The notes: generated by a model from the letters alone, not told the origin. A DNA stretch of 64,000 bases from Desulfatiglandales bacterium (GCA_963667015.2 CAXXJJ010000004.1:1984001-2048000); one strand, 5' to 3'; numbered from the stretch's first letter, positions 1 through 9,988 are shown. A program made the numbers and translations.

Positions 1-64
1 CATATCACGTATCGAAGATAAGCTATTGCTATCATTAAAAATCAGATAGCCAAAAAATTTAACG

Positions 65-87
65 TGTCAATATTGACATAACGTCAA
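65..87. promoter_or_regulatory. Palindromic putative operator/enhancer (TGTCAATATTGACA, overlapping TTGAC-N5-GTCAA)
   Basis: Perfect 14-bp palindrome 65-78; related TGTCAATTAT at 451-460. Confidence 0.4.
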
Positions 88-648
88 TTATCTGTCTTTT
101 TTATTATTCTCTTTTTTTATTCATAGTGATTCGGATAAAGCGATAGAAGTGCAAATTTAATAAAGCACTGATTGATAAAATTTTGAAAATATTTGTTCAG
201 CACCTATTTCCAAAACCATGTTCTTGGATTTAAGCAATCAGCCTTTGCTTCCGGTAAAACCAGTCAGTATTTAATGGTTTCATCCATAGGCAAACAATTT
301 AGGGACAGGTTCCATTGAGAATCTACCTGATTAAAGAGGATCTTTTTTTTAAAAAATCATTATGACAAATGAATAAAGCAAATTGGTTCTTCTTTTTGCC
401 CATTAAGTAAATAATCTATTCATACTATTAATTAAATAATAGCAACTAGATGTCAATTATTATCACTATTTTTTTATTATATTTTTTAAAAAAATAAAAT
501 GAAACTACAATTAAAAGTATATTATTTGCATTAATAATACTACAATTACTATATTTAACATTTATATTTAATATTAATTATTTTATAATTTTATTAATCA
601 TTTTATTCTTATTTTATTTATCCTATCTTTAATTTACCACCCAAATTA

Positions 649-670
649 ATTACACTATTATTACACTATT
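649..670. repeat. 11-bp tandem direct repeat ATTACACTATT x2 just upstream of the sigma54 promoter
   Basis: Seen directly at 649-659 and 660-670. Confidence 0.6.
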
Positions 671-680
671 AATATAATTA

Positions 681-696
681 TGGCATCTTATTTGCA
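681..696 (+). promoter_or_regulatory. sigma54 (-24/-12) promoter of the chemosensory operon
   Basis: TGGCATCTTATTTGCA: GG at 682-683 and GC at 694-695, exact TGGCA-N6-TTGCA spacing, ~180 bp upstream of the first gene in a long AT-rich intergenic region. Confidence 0.8.
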
Positions 697-877
697 TCAT
701 TCGTGCAATTAAAATAAGCCATTGAAATCAAAACTAAAAAAATATCGAACAATTTAGGAAAAAGTAAAAAGTTTTATTGTCCTTTACCTTATTAATAATG
801 CTGTAAAGACGCTGAAAAAATTCTCAAAATCAAACTCAAGCTCGTGATCAAGTTGAATTTGTTATAAAAAAGGCAAT

Positions 878-2716
878 ATGAAAATAATATCTCCTGTTAG
901 CATTGTTACCCCTAAAGGACCGAGCAATATATATGCAAAAGAAAGCATCCTTCAGTTGCTTTCTCTTGTGCCATCTCTACAGGCGACCCTTAAAACAGTT
1001 GCCCCCAGGTTTTTAAAACTTGGACAAACACTTCAATCAATTAATTCTGAAGCGAACCAGATAACTCAATTAACATTGGATATCGTTCAAACCTCTGGAA
1101 AAGAATCTGATCAGATACTGCTAAATAACGTTGCGGAACTGGCCAAACAATCTCTGACAGAACTTAAAAAAACCAATACAAATATATCCCAAGATCTTAA
1201 AAATGTTGAAGTCAGTATAGAGCTTTTGGATAGACTGCATAGATCACTGAACAATTTACGCAGTATTTCCAAGACGCTTGGTATTGTATCACTCAATATT
1301 GCAATTGAAAGCAGTCGTTCCGGGAATAGTGAAAAGATATTCAGTTTTTTTGTGGAAGAAATAAATGATCTATCAAACAGGGTTAATATTATCTTCAGAG
1401 ATATAAGTAATGATTCAAAGGAATCGCAAATAAAGCAACAGCTCATCTGGACCCATGTTATTTATCGGGAAAAGGAACTTCAGGCAATAACATCAACAGC
1501 AGATAATATTATAGAAGGCAATATTGAAAAAATAAAAAAACTTTTCGAAAATTCAAGAGATAAATTTGAAAAATCCACACTCTATACTAAAGAAATATCC
1601 CGTCATATTGGAGAAATTATTGAATCAATCCAGTTCGAAGATATTACACGGCAACAGATAGAACACATTATTGAGGCAATTCAGGATTTAAAAGAACAAT
1701 ATAATGATGAATTATGCCTTGATGATGCCCATCCAACGCATCCTCAAATATTGACTCAGATATATTCGTTTATAAACATTCAGGCCGCCCAAGTTGAGCA
1801 GGTTATTTATGAAATCCGGGAGGCTCATAAAAAAATTCTGAACTCTTTTAGTGAAATCAGCATTCTAATTGATTTGCTGGTTGAAATGACAACACTCTTT
1901 TCGTCAAAAAATCAAACTCGAACTGAATCCGGAGCATCATTTGAAGAGCTTATATCTGATTTTACAAACCTGGACATTGTTCTTGATCAGGGGCATAACC
2001 TTTCAAATAAAATAGAAGAAGCTATGCTAAAATCAGAAGAAATCGCACTGCAGTTGTCTTCGCATATAGAAAAAGTCGAAGAGATCAGCCTTGATCTCCA
2101 TATAAAGGCAATAAATGCGATTATCATGTCCAACCAGCTGGGACCGGAAGGTGTAGCGCTTTCTGTTCTTGCCAAAAACGTCACATACATATCAAAGGAA
2201 TCAAATGATTTTGTTACTGAAGTTGTCGAAATAATAAATTCTATTTCAGGATTGACTGAGAAATTAAACAGCAGGTCAGAGAGTGATAAAATAAAAAATC
2301 AATTAACCGATGTGAATAATGAGCATTTACTGGATTCTGTTCTTGATGAGATATTAAAAGTCTATAATAAATTTCAGGAAGATTCCTCTTTAACTTTTAA
2401 TTTTTCAACATCTCTAAAAGAAACTCTCATGCAGGCAAAATCTGACATTTCTTTCTTAATTGAAATGGCGGTTCAACTGGAGACATGTCTCGTCAATATC
2501 AATATGACAGCTCAATCGTTGGAACCATATATAGAACAAACATACTTAAAAGAAATATCCCTTAATCAAACTTCAGAAAAATACACCATGAAAGTTGAGC
2601 GGGATATTCACAATAAAATCTTCAATAATGCAACTCTGGCGCCATCGAATGATGGCGATAGTCAACAGATAAAGGATATATATGATGATTTCGGAGACAA
2701 TGTGGAATTATTCTAA
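878..2716 (+). CDS. Cytoplasmic MCP-like chemotaxis protein with two degenerate signalling hairpins
   Basis: No TM segments; SLNIAIESSRSG..F..FVEEI and AINAIIMSNQLGPEG.AL.VLA resemble the [14 protein letters not shown] tip; FEDITRQQ motif; C-terminal GDNVELF. Confidence 0.75.
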   Translation: MKIISPVSIVTPKGPSNIYAKESILQLLSLVPSLQATLKTVAPRFLKLGQTLQSINSEANQITQLTLDIVQTSGKESDQILLNNVAELAKQSLTELKKTNTNISQDLKNVEVSIELLDRLHRSLNNLRSISKTLGIVSLNIAIESSRSGNSEKIFSFFVEEINDLSNRVNIIFRDISNDSKESQIKQQLIWTHVIYREKELQAITSTADNIIEGNIEKIKKLFENSRDKFEKSTLYTKEISRHIGEIIESIQFEDITRQQIEHIIEAIQDLKEQYNDELCLDDAHPTHPQILTQIYSFINIQAAQVEQVIYEIREAHKKILNSFSEISILIDLLVEMTTLFSSKNQTRTESGASFEELISDFTNLDIVLDQGHNLSNKIEEAMLKSEEIALQLSSHIEKVEEISLDLHIKAINAIIMSNQLGPEGVALSVLAKNVTYISKESNDFVTEVVEIINSISGLTEKLNSRSESDKIKNQLTDVNNEHLLDSVLDEILKVYNKFQEDSSLTFNFSTSLKETLMQAKSDISFLIEMAVQLETCLVNINMTAQSLEPYIEQTYLKEISLNQTSEKYTMKVERDIHNKIFNNATLAPSNDGDSQQIKDIYDDFGDNVELF

Positions 2717-2733
2717 TAAAAGGAGCATTCAAA

Positions 2734-3045
2734 ATGGCACCAGGTAAAAAAATGAAAACAAAGGATAATACAATAAAGATAAGCGGCCATTTATCAATTT
2801 ATGAAGCAGCGGATATCCAAAATAAATTACTTCATTCTTTAGCAGAGAATAATGCAATAGATATCGATCTCGGTGATGTTGATTCCTGTGATGTAGCAGG
2901 CATACAGCTTTTGATTTCTGCCATAAAAACAGGAGAGAAGGAAGAAAAACAAATTACCATCTCCAATATATCGGAAACGTTTCAGGAGACAACCAGGCTT
3001 GTTGGACTTCAACAGAAAATATTTTTCAGCAGTAACGGAGGATAA
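2734..3045 (+). CDS. STAS domain protein
   Basis: ISGHLSIYEA...IDLGDVDSCDVAGIQLL STAS pattern; AAGGAG RBS. Confidence 0.85.
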   Translation: MAPGKKMKTKDNTIKISGHLSIYEAADIQNKLLHSLAENNAIDIDLGDVDSCDVAGIQLLISAIKTGEKEEKQITISNISETFQETTRLVGLQQKIFFSSNGG

Positions 3046-3047
3046 AA

Positions 3048-3413
3048 GTGGGCAATACAATAATAACAGTTGATGATTCTGTAAGTATGAGACAGATGAT
3101 CACCTTCACTCTGGAAAAAGCCGGTTATAAAGTTATAACAGCGGAAGATGGTGTTGATGCAATGGATAAACTTGGCAGTAACACGGTTAACATGATGATC
3201 ACTGACCTTAACATGCCGCGCATGGATGGCATAGAACTTATAAAATCGGTCCGAACCATATCGCAATACAAGTTCATTCCCATAATTATGCTTACTACCG
3301 AATCCGATGATTCGAAAAAACAGCAAGGAAAAGCTGCAGGGGCTACGGGATGGATTGTAAAGCCATTCAAACCGGAACAGCTTATTGGTGTTGTTCAAAA
3401 AGTCTTGGGATAA
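3048..3413 (+). CDS. cheY: Chemotaxis response regulator CheY
   Basis: Single REC domain: VDDS, ITDLNMPRMDG, LTTES, WIVKPF; adjacent to cheA. Confidence 0.92.
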   Translation: MGNTIITVDDSVSMRQMITFTLEKAGYKVITAEDGVDAMDKLGSNTVNMMITDLNMPRMDGIELIKSVRTISQYKFIPIIMLTTESDDSKKQQGKAAGATGWIVKPFKPEQLIGVVQKVLG

Positions 3414-3490
3414 TTGCAGGATAATTTTATTTAACAGGTCCTCTGGACCATACCAGGATTCAGGTATCCTTTATTAAATGGAGTTAACAG

Positions 3491-5566
3491 ATGGATATTA
3501 TCGAAACATATACCGAGGAAGCAATTGAATTACTTTTCACACTGGAAAACTCACTTCTTGAACTTGAAAAAAAACCGAACGACAAGGAATTGATTGGCAG
3601 TGTTTTTAGGGCAATGCATACGATCAAGGGATCAGGTGCAATGGCTGGATTTTCTAACATTGCCTCCTTCACCCATGACATAGAGACGGTTTATGACCTG
3701 GTGCGCAGTGATCAGATCCAGGTCACAAAGGAACTTATTAACCTGACACTCCATTCATGCGATCTGATCAGAAAAATGGTGGAAAACGCACCATTGGATG
3801 AAAAAGATATCACGGAAACTATCCAAGGCTTCAAAAAAATGATCCCCGGAGATGAAGAGAAATCCGAAGATTTTGACAACGACAATTCGGAATATATCCC
3901 GGATGATGGAACAATTGAAGATATTACCTACCGCATTCGTTTCCGTCCTTCATCCGGTATATTTAACAACGGAACCAATCCGATTCTACTTCTTAATGAG
4001 CTCCGTGCCCTTGGAGAATGCAATCTAATCGCACAGACCGGTAATATCCCAACCTTGGAAGAGATAGATCCGGAGCAATGTTATCTTTACTGGGATATCA
4101 TACTGACCACGGAAAAGGATGAAAACATAATCCGGGATGTCTTTATTTTCCTGGAAGAAGATAGCCGGATTGACATAACGATCATTGACGAATGCGGAAA
4201 ACTGATAAATGAAGAGCAACGCAAGAAGATCGGAGAAATCCTTGTGGAAAAGGAGGATATATCTGAGGATGAAATAACTGCAGCCCTCCAGGGCCAAAAA
4301 CGGATAGGTGAAATACTGTTGGATTCAGGCAGAATAGATAATGATAAATTGAGATCTGCCCTTGAAGAACAGGATCATCTTAATCATATAAAGAATGATC
4401 GTAAAAAAAAGGAAGCGGTTTCGAGCATCAGGGTTTCATCGGAAAAACTTGACACGCTTGTAGACCTTGTCGGCGAATTGGTCACTGTCCAGGCGCGTCT
4501 TAGCCAGCATTCATCATCAGAAAGCAATTCGAATCTGACGGCGATAGCAGAAGAAGTGGAGCGGCTTACAGGGGAACTCAGGGATAATACCATGAGTATT
4601 CGTATGCTGCCCATAAGCACTACATTCAGTAAATTTAAACGACTGGTGCGTGACCTTTCAGAACAACTGGGCAAGGAAGTAACACTGACCACGGAAGGGG
4701 GAGAAACAGAGCTGGACAAGACGGTCATAGAGAGCCTTAACGATCCCATGGTTCATATTATACGAAACAGTATCGATCATGGCATTGAATCCCCGGATGA
4801 AAGGGAGGCCACTGGAAAACCGAAACATGGATCAGTACATCTTTCAGCCACCCACTCGGGTGGAAATGTATTGATACGCATATCCGATGATGGCGCAGGC
4901 CTTAATACAAAATCGATACGCAGCAAAGCCGAGGAAAAAGGCCTAGTGGCACCTGATGCAGAGCTGGATGACAAGGATATCTATTCCCTGATTTTCGCAC
5001 CAGGTTTTTCTACCGCCGGAGAAGTGACCAGTGTATCAGGCCGTGGGGTTGGTATGGACGTGGTGAAAAAGAGTATTGAAGGCCTCAGAGGATCTATCGA
5101 AATAAAGAGTCAAAAAGGGGCCGGAACAACTATAACACTCAAGCTTCCTTTGACACTCGCAATCATCGACGGCCTGCTTGTGGATATAGGAAAAGATTTT
5201 TATGTCATGCCGCTGTCAGTGGTTGAGGAATGTGTGGAAATAAGTCGTACCGAAGCGGATCGGGCACGTGCCCGGAGCATGATGAGCTTTCGTGGCAATG
5301 TGGTGCCCTACCTGAACCTTAGAGACATGTTTCAGGTAGAAGGAGATCCGCCGCCCCTGGAGCAAGTAGTGATAGTGGAAGCGAATAACAAAATTGTCGG
5401 CTTTGGTGTGGACAGGCTGATTGGGCAGAATCAGACAGTGATTAAAACTCTAAATAAAATTTATAAAGATATAGAAGGCCTCTCAGGAGCTACTATCCTG
5501 GGAGACGGCACTGTTGCCCTCATTCTGGATGTAGTACAGATCGTTAATGCTGCGGTTAACGTTTAA
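3491..5566 (+). CDS. cheA: Chemotaxis histidine kinase CheA with MshEN-like insert
   Basis: HPt FRAMHTIKG, dimerisation LVDLVGELV, HIIRNSIDHGIE, PGFSTA..V..VSGRGVGMDVV, C-terminal CheW domain. Confidence 0.97.
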   Translation: MDIIETYTEEAIELLFTLENSLLELEKKPNDKELIGSVFRAMHTIKGSGAMAGFSNIASFTHDIETVYDLVRSDQIQVTKELINLTLHSCDLIRKMVENAPLDEKDITETIQGFKKMIPGDEEKSEDFDNDNSEYIPDDGTIEDITYRIRFRPSSGIFNNGTNPILLLNELRALGECNLIAQTGNIPTLEEIDPEQCYLYWDIILTTEKDENIIRDVFIFLEEDSRIDITIIDECGKLINEEQRKKIGEILVEKEDISEDEITAALQGQKRIGEILLDSGRIDNDKLRSALEEQDHLNHIKNDRKKKEAVSSIRVSSEKLDTLVDLVGELVTVQARLSQHSSSESNSNLTAIAEEVERLTGELRDNTMSIRMLPISTTFSKFKRLVRDLSEQLGKEVTLTTEGGETELDKTVIESLNDPMVHIIRNSIDHGIESPDEREATGKPKHGSVHLSATHSGGNVLIRISDDGAGLNTKSIRSKAEEKGLVAPDAELDDKDIYSLIFAPGFSTAGEVTSVSGRGVGMDVVKKSIEGLRGSIEIKSQKGAGTTITLKLPLTLAIIDGLLVDIGKDFYVMPLSVVEECVEISRTEADRARARSMMSFRGNVVPYLNLRDMFQVEGDPPPLEQVVIVEANNKIVGFGVDRLIGQNQTVIKTLNKIYKDIEGLSGATILGDGTVALILDVVQIVNAAVNV

Positions 5567-5594
5567 GATAAAAATTGTATAAGAGATTAATCAA

Positions 5595-7118
5595 ATGATG
5601 TTGGATCCTCCAAAAATAAATATAAAGATATTACCTTGCTGTTTATTGTTTGCAGTTTCGATCCTGTTTTTTATGGTATCTCAGGGATATGCCAGTAAAG
5701 GCGTTTATGACTGGGCTTTTGTTAAACTCGACTATGCACGGCAGGAAAAAGTACAGCAACTGAATAACTTCTGTAACCGGATACATGAACTGGCTATCCA
5801 TGCTTCTCTGGACCCGCTGGTTATAGCCTGCTTTAATATTAACAATCAGTTCTCTGAGACGGAAGCCGGGGATACAGTGCCAGAGACTTTAGCCTCCAGA
5901 GTCCTGGAACTGAAAAAAAGCTTTAACAAATACTATATCGAAAACTACTTTGCTTTTTACGATATAATGTTTGTCAACAAAAGGGGCGATGTATTCTTTT
6001 CAATACGAAAAGAGTCAGACCTGGATTCCAACCTTTTTACAGGTAAACTGGCGAAAAGTAACCTTTCGTTCTGCTTGAAGGAAAATCCTCAAAAGGAAAA
6101 ATATGTCGATTTCCAGTACTGGGAGCCTTCATCCGAACCGGCATCATTTTTTGTGGAGCCAGTTACTGAAGGCGGTATTCATATCGGCTGGATCATTCTT
6201 CAGTGTGCAATCAATAAATTCAATTCGATCCTGGCATGGACAGAAGATCTTGGACAAACAGGCGAGACATTTCTTGTGAATCGGAATGGTTATATGCTGA
6301 CTGAGTCCAATTTTAAAGGTTCTTCAACGATCCTGAAAAAACGACTGGATGACCGCAATATTCAGGCCAAGTTTGCAGAAAAAAAAGGGCATCGGACCGT
6401 TACAGACTACAGGGGATGCATTGCCTTCTCGTCATTCGAGGTTGTTAGTTTTCTTGGAACAAGCTGGCTCGTGGTTGCCAAGGTGGATAGAGATGAGATC
6501 ATCACAGAGCACTACTCACAGTATAGACGTTACTATGCGGACAAACTCCTGGGATATCTGAATGAAATACAGGTCCCCCAATTGAGGAATGTTCAGCCTC
6601 TGTCAATCATAACACCCCTAAGAATAGATATGGATGAATTTCTCAAGGCCGATAACGGTGAGTATATTCATACATTCGGAATATCAACCTGCACCGGATT
6701 TTTGGCTACTTACCCCGGTAAATTCGCCTACATGGCCCACATCAGCCCAAAGGACAGAATCTATGGGGCAAATGAGACAAATCTGCTGGGACAGATGATA
6801 AAAAAATTAAAAAGTTTTGATATCAACCGATGTGAACAGCGCCATGTGGTTTTTGTTTTTGTAGCAACTCATCTTAAAGGCCTTCTTGCAACCGTTGATA
6901 AGCTGGTTGAAGAGGGATTTCTTCTTTCTCAGATAAGGATTCTATATAATCCGGAGGCAGCTTCTGTGGCGGTTAACTATGGCTATGAAAAAAATGACCT
7001 GAATGTTTCATGGCGCCTGAACAATGATTCTACAGATAATTGTCATACCATAGAGGACTCTCTGAACATTGGGGAAATCATCAGGTTGGTAATGCAATCG
7101 GAGGAAAAATCATCTTAA
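5595..7118 (+). CDS. Exported Cache-domain protein fused to a C-terminal CheD-like Cys-His hydrolase domain
   Basis: N-terminal hydrophobic signal (LLFAVSILFFMVSQGYA); Cache-type motifs FYDIMFVNKRGDVFFSIRKESD, DF..WEPS..PA.F, LGQTGETFLV, DYRG; C-terminal IHTFGISTC..AYMAH aligns to CheD. Confidence 0.65.
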   Translation: MMLDPPKINIKILPCCLLFAVSILFFMVSQGYASKGVYDWAFVKLDYARQEKVQQLNNFCNRIHELAIHASLDPLVIACFNINNQFSETEAGDTVPETLASRVLELKKSFNKYYIENYFAFYDIMFVNKRGDVFFSIRKESDLDSNLFTGKLAKSNLSFCLKENPQKEKYVDFQYWEPSSEPASFFVEPVTEGGIHIGWIILQCAINKFNSILAWTEDLGQTGETFLVNRNGYMLTESNFKGSSTILKKRLDDRNIQAKFAEKKGHRTVTDYRGCIAFSSFEVVSFLGTSWLVVAKVDRDEIITEHYSQYRRYYADKLLGYLNEIQVPQLRNVQPLSIITPLRIDMDEFLKADNGEYIHTFGISTCTGFLATYPGKFAYMAHISPKDRIYGANETNLLGQMIKKLKSFDINRCEQRHVVFVFVATHLKGLLATVDKLVEEGFLLSQIRILYNPEAASVAVNYGYEKNDLNVSWRLNNDSTDNCHTIEDSLNIGEIIRLVMQSEEKSS

Positions 7119-7185
7119 AAAAGTATTTAACGGCAATTGAAGGATGCAGACATATGAATAATAAAATCTTACGGAGGTTGATAAA

Positions 7186-9642
7186 ATGTTTAACTTCAGA
7201 GATCTGAAGCTCATAACGAAAATCGGCGGTGGATTCGGAATATTGGTCATTATCTCACTAATGCTCGGTGGAATCTCAGTTTTTTCAATGCTCAATGTCA
7301 ACGATAAGTCAACTCAATTAGCAGAAGAATATATACCTGAAGTTAGAGTAGCTACTGACCTTCGAGGAGCTGTTAATCGTCTTATGTATGAAATGCGTGG
7401 GTTTGCATTAAGTGAAGACCATGAATACTATAAAAAAGCACAACAAGAGTTAACCGATGTAAACAAGTATTTGGATGAGGCTTCCGAGTTAGCTCAAAAT
7501 GCTAAAAATCTAAAAGCCCTGAAAGGCCAGACAGCTGAAGCCAAAACTGCGCTGAGCGACTATACAGAGCTTATTAAGAGGACTGAAGAAATCATTAGCG
7601 CAATGAATTTCCAAAGAAAGAAACTTGATGAAAATGCGGCTTCATACATGGCAAACTGTGAGGAGTTTCTTGAAGGCCAAAATGCGGCATTTAAAAAAGA
7701 CCTGGATGAGCGGCAGAAAAAAGTTTCCATGGTTAACAGTATTGCAGATTTAGGCACCTCCGTCCGGGTTATGAATTTTAAAGCTCAGGCCCAAAAAGAT
7801 CAGGATATGATGCGAGAAGCTATTACCAAGCTTAAAAGTGTGAATAATACAACTTCAGATCTTCGCAATATCACACGTCAGAGTGAAAACATAAAACAAA
7901 TTGAAACTATCGAAACTGCAGCAGAAGCATATGGGAAAGCTATGAACGGATATCTGAAAAGCGGACTTAAGCTTGATAGATACATTAAGGAGATGGACAC
8001 AGCAGCAGGTCAATATGTTGATAATTGCGCTGCTTTTCTCGAAAGCCAGCAGCAACAACTTACCAAAGACATGCATGAAAGAAATGAAAAAATAACTCTT
8101 GCCAACGATATTGTTAACCTTGGAAATGATACACGGGTAAAGGCATTCAAGGCCCAGGCCACAAATTCAATAGAACTAATTGGAGAGGCATTAAAGAATT
8201 TTCCTGAGATAAAGGAAAAATATACTTCCCTTCGAAGAATTACTCGACTGAAAGAAGATCTGGAGCGCATAGATAAGACTGAAACTGCGGGGAATAATTA
8301 TGCAACCGCTTTGGAAAATTTTCGAGAACAATGGAATAAACTGACAGAATTGAAAAGCCGGCGAGAATCGGCATCCCAGAAAGCTATTGAAGCCGCTAAA
8401 ACAACTGCAGAAGCCGGTATAGTGAACACCGAAAAGATTGCTAATGAAGCGATGTCAAGTCTTTCCAGATCTTCCACTATAATGATTATTGGATTGGTTA
8501 TAGCTGTTTTATTGGGAATATCTGTTGCGTGGCTTATTACCCGTAACATACTGAGTCAAATTGGTGGTGAACCAGCAGAAATATCACGAATTGCAAATGA
8601 AATTGCCAATGGTAATTTAAACCATTCATTCGAAAGAGGCAAAAAAACCGGTGTATTCGCTGCATTGGTCCAGATGGTAGAAAAACTTTCAAGTGTTGTC
8701 GCTGAAGTATTATCTGCATCTGAAAATGTGTCATCAGGCAGTCAGGAATTGAGCTCAAGTTCCGAAGAAATGTCCCAGGGCGCCACTGAACAGGCTGCAG
8801 CAGCAGAAGAGGCCTCTTCTTCAATGGAACAGATGAGTTCGAACATTAAGCAAAACGCAGACAATGCAATGCAGACAGAGAAAATTGCACAAAAATCCGC
8901 TGAGGACGCAAGAGAGGGTGGGGAAGCAGTTGCAAAAACCGTCGTAGCGATGAAGGATATAGCTGAAAAAATATCTATAATTGAAGAAATAGCACGTCAG
9001 ACAGACCTGCTGGCATTGAATGCAGCAATTGAAGCCGCACGCGCCGGTGAGCATGGCAAAGGCTTTGCAGTTGTAGCTTCCGAGGTACGTAAGCTCGCAG
9101 AAAGAAGCCAGTTAGCAGCAGGTGAAATAGGCACTTTATCCGGATCGAGCGTTGAGATCGCGGAAAAGGCAGGAAAGATGCTTACCAGACTGGTCCCGGA
9201 TATACAGAAGACTGCAGAGTTAGTTCAGGAAATTAATGCTGCTTCAAATGAACAAAATTCAGGAGCAGACCAGATTAATAAAGCTATCCAGCAATTGGAT
9301 CAGGTCATTCAACAGAACGCATCTGCGAGTGAGGAAATGGCATCCACCTCTGAGGAATTGGCCGCACAAGCAGAACAACTCCAGAGTACAATCTCCTTTT
9401 TTAAATTAAATGATTCGATGAAAAGTAATGTCAGATCCATAGAAACACCAGTTTTAAAAGGGAAAACATCTTTTTCTAATAAAACAACCTCAAAAAATGG
9501 AAATGGTGCGGGGATTCATAAACTTTATAAAGGTCACATTGATCAAGGAAATAAACATGATCATTCAGGAGGCTTTAATCTGGATATGGGAACTTTAGGC
9601 TCCAAGGAAGACTCATATGACTCTGATTTTGAGAATTACTAA
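7186..9642 (+). CDS. Methyl-accepting chemotaxis protein with large helical (4HB/HBM-like, internally repeated) periplasmic domain
   Basis: Two TM helices, HAMP-like region, [41 protein letters not shown]-terminal pentapeptide DFENY. Confidence 0.95.
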   Translation: MFNFRDLKLITKIGGGFGILVIISLMLGGISVFSMLNVNDKSTQLAEEYIPEVRVATDLRGAVNRLMYEMRGFALSEDHEYYKKAQQELTDVNKYLDEASELAQNAKNLKALKGQTAEAKTALSDYTELIKRTEEIISAMNFQRKKLDENAASYMANCEEFLEGQNAAFKKDLDERQKKVSMVNSIADLGTSVRVMNFKAQAQKDQDMMREAITKLKSVNNTTSDLRNITRQSENIKQIETIETAAEAYGKAMNGYLKSGLKLDRYIKEMDTAAGQYVDNCAAFLESQQQQLTKDMHERNEKITLANDIVNLGNDTRVKAFKAQATNSIELIGEALKNFPEIKEKYTSLRRITRLKEDLERIDKTETAGNNYATALENFREQWNKLTELKSRRESASQKAIEAAKTTAEAGIVNTEKIANEAMSSLSRSSTIMIIGLVIAVLLGISVAWLITRNILSQIGGEPAEISRIANEIANGNLNHSFERGKKTGVFAALVQMVEKLSSVVAEVLSASENVSSGSQELSSSSEEMSQGATEQAAAAEEASSSMEQMSSNIKQNADNAMQTEKIAQKSAEDAREGGEAVAKTVVAMKDIAEKISIIEEIARQTDLLALNAAIEAARAGEHGKGFAVVASEVRKLAERSQLAAGEIGTLSGSSVEIAEKAGKMLTRLVPDIQKTAELVQEINAASNEQNSGADQINKAIQQLDQVIQQNASASEEMASTSEELAAQAEQLQSTISFFKLNDSMKSNVRSIETPVLKGKTSFSNKTTSKNGNGAGIHKLYKGHIDQGNKHDHSGGFNLDMGTLGSKEDSYDSDFENY

Positions 9643-9721
9643 AGAGGTATAAATCAAACTCCATGGCTATTCGCAGAATAGTGGCCAGATTTAAAGCGTC
9701 CTTTAAAAAGGAGCATTATAA

Positions 9722-9895
9722 TTGATTAATAGAGACACAGTCGAAACAAAACAATCCCTGACTTTTAAATTAGGTGATGAGTTGTTTGCGATAAATGTGG
9801 GGCAGGCAAAGGACGTCCTGAATATAGACCGGATTTTTTCAACGGATGGACTTCCCCTATCGCAGGAAACGGGCGCATCTCAGAATGATCAGTAA
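9722..9895 (+). pseudogene. Internally deleted cheW paralog (57-aa open frame)
   Basis: AAGGAG RBS at 9708-9713, TTG start; MINRDTVETKQSLTFKLGDELFAINVGQAKDVLNIDRIFSTDGLPLSQETGASQNDQ matches the N-terminus (QYLTFRLDDEMFAINV) and C-terminus (DIDRIFSTNEL) of CheW at 12353. Confidence 0.85.
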
Positions 9896-9988
9896 AATGA
9901 AAAATAAACGTTTTGTATCAGTAGAAAAAATAAGGTTTTAAAGGCATTTATTATTTAGAATTGAGTATAAGGCAATAAGGAGAGAATT

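Noticed and set aside
9643..9988. Possible c-di-GMP riboswitch (GGCAAA motif) between the two MCP genes
   Set aside because: No matching GEMM stem architecture; the segment is fully explained as a deleted cheW
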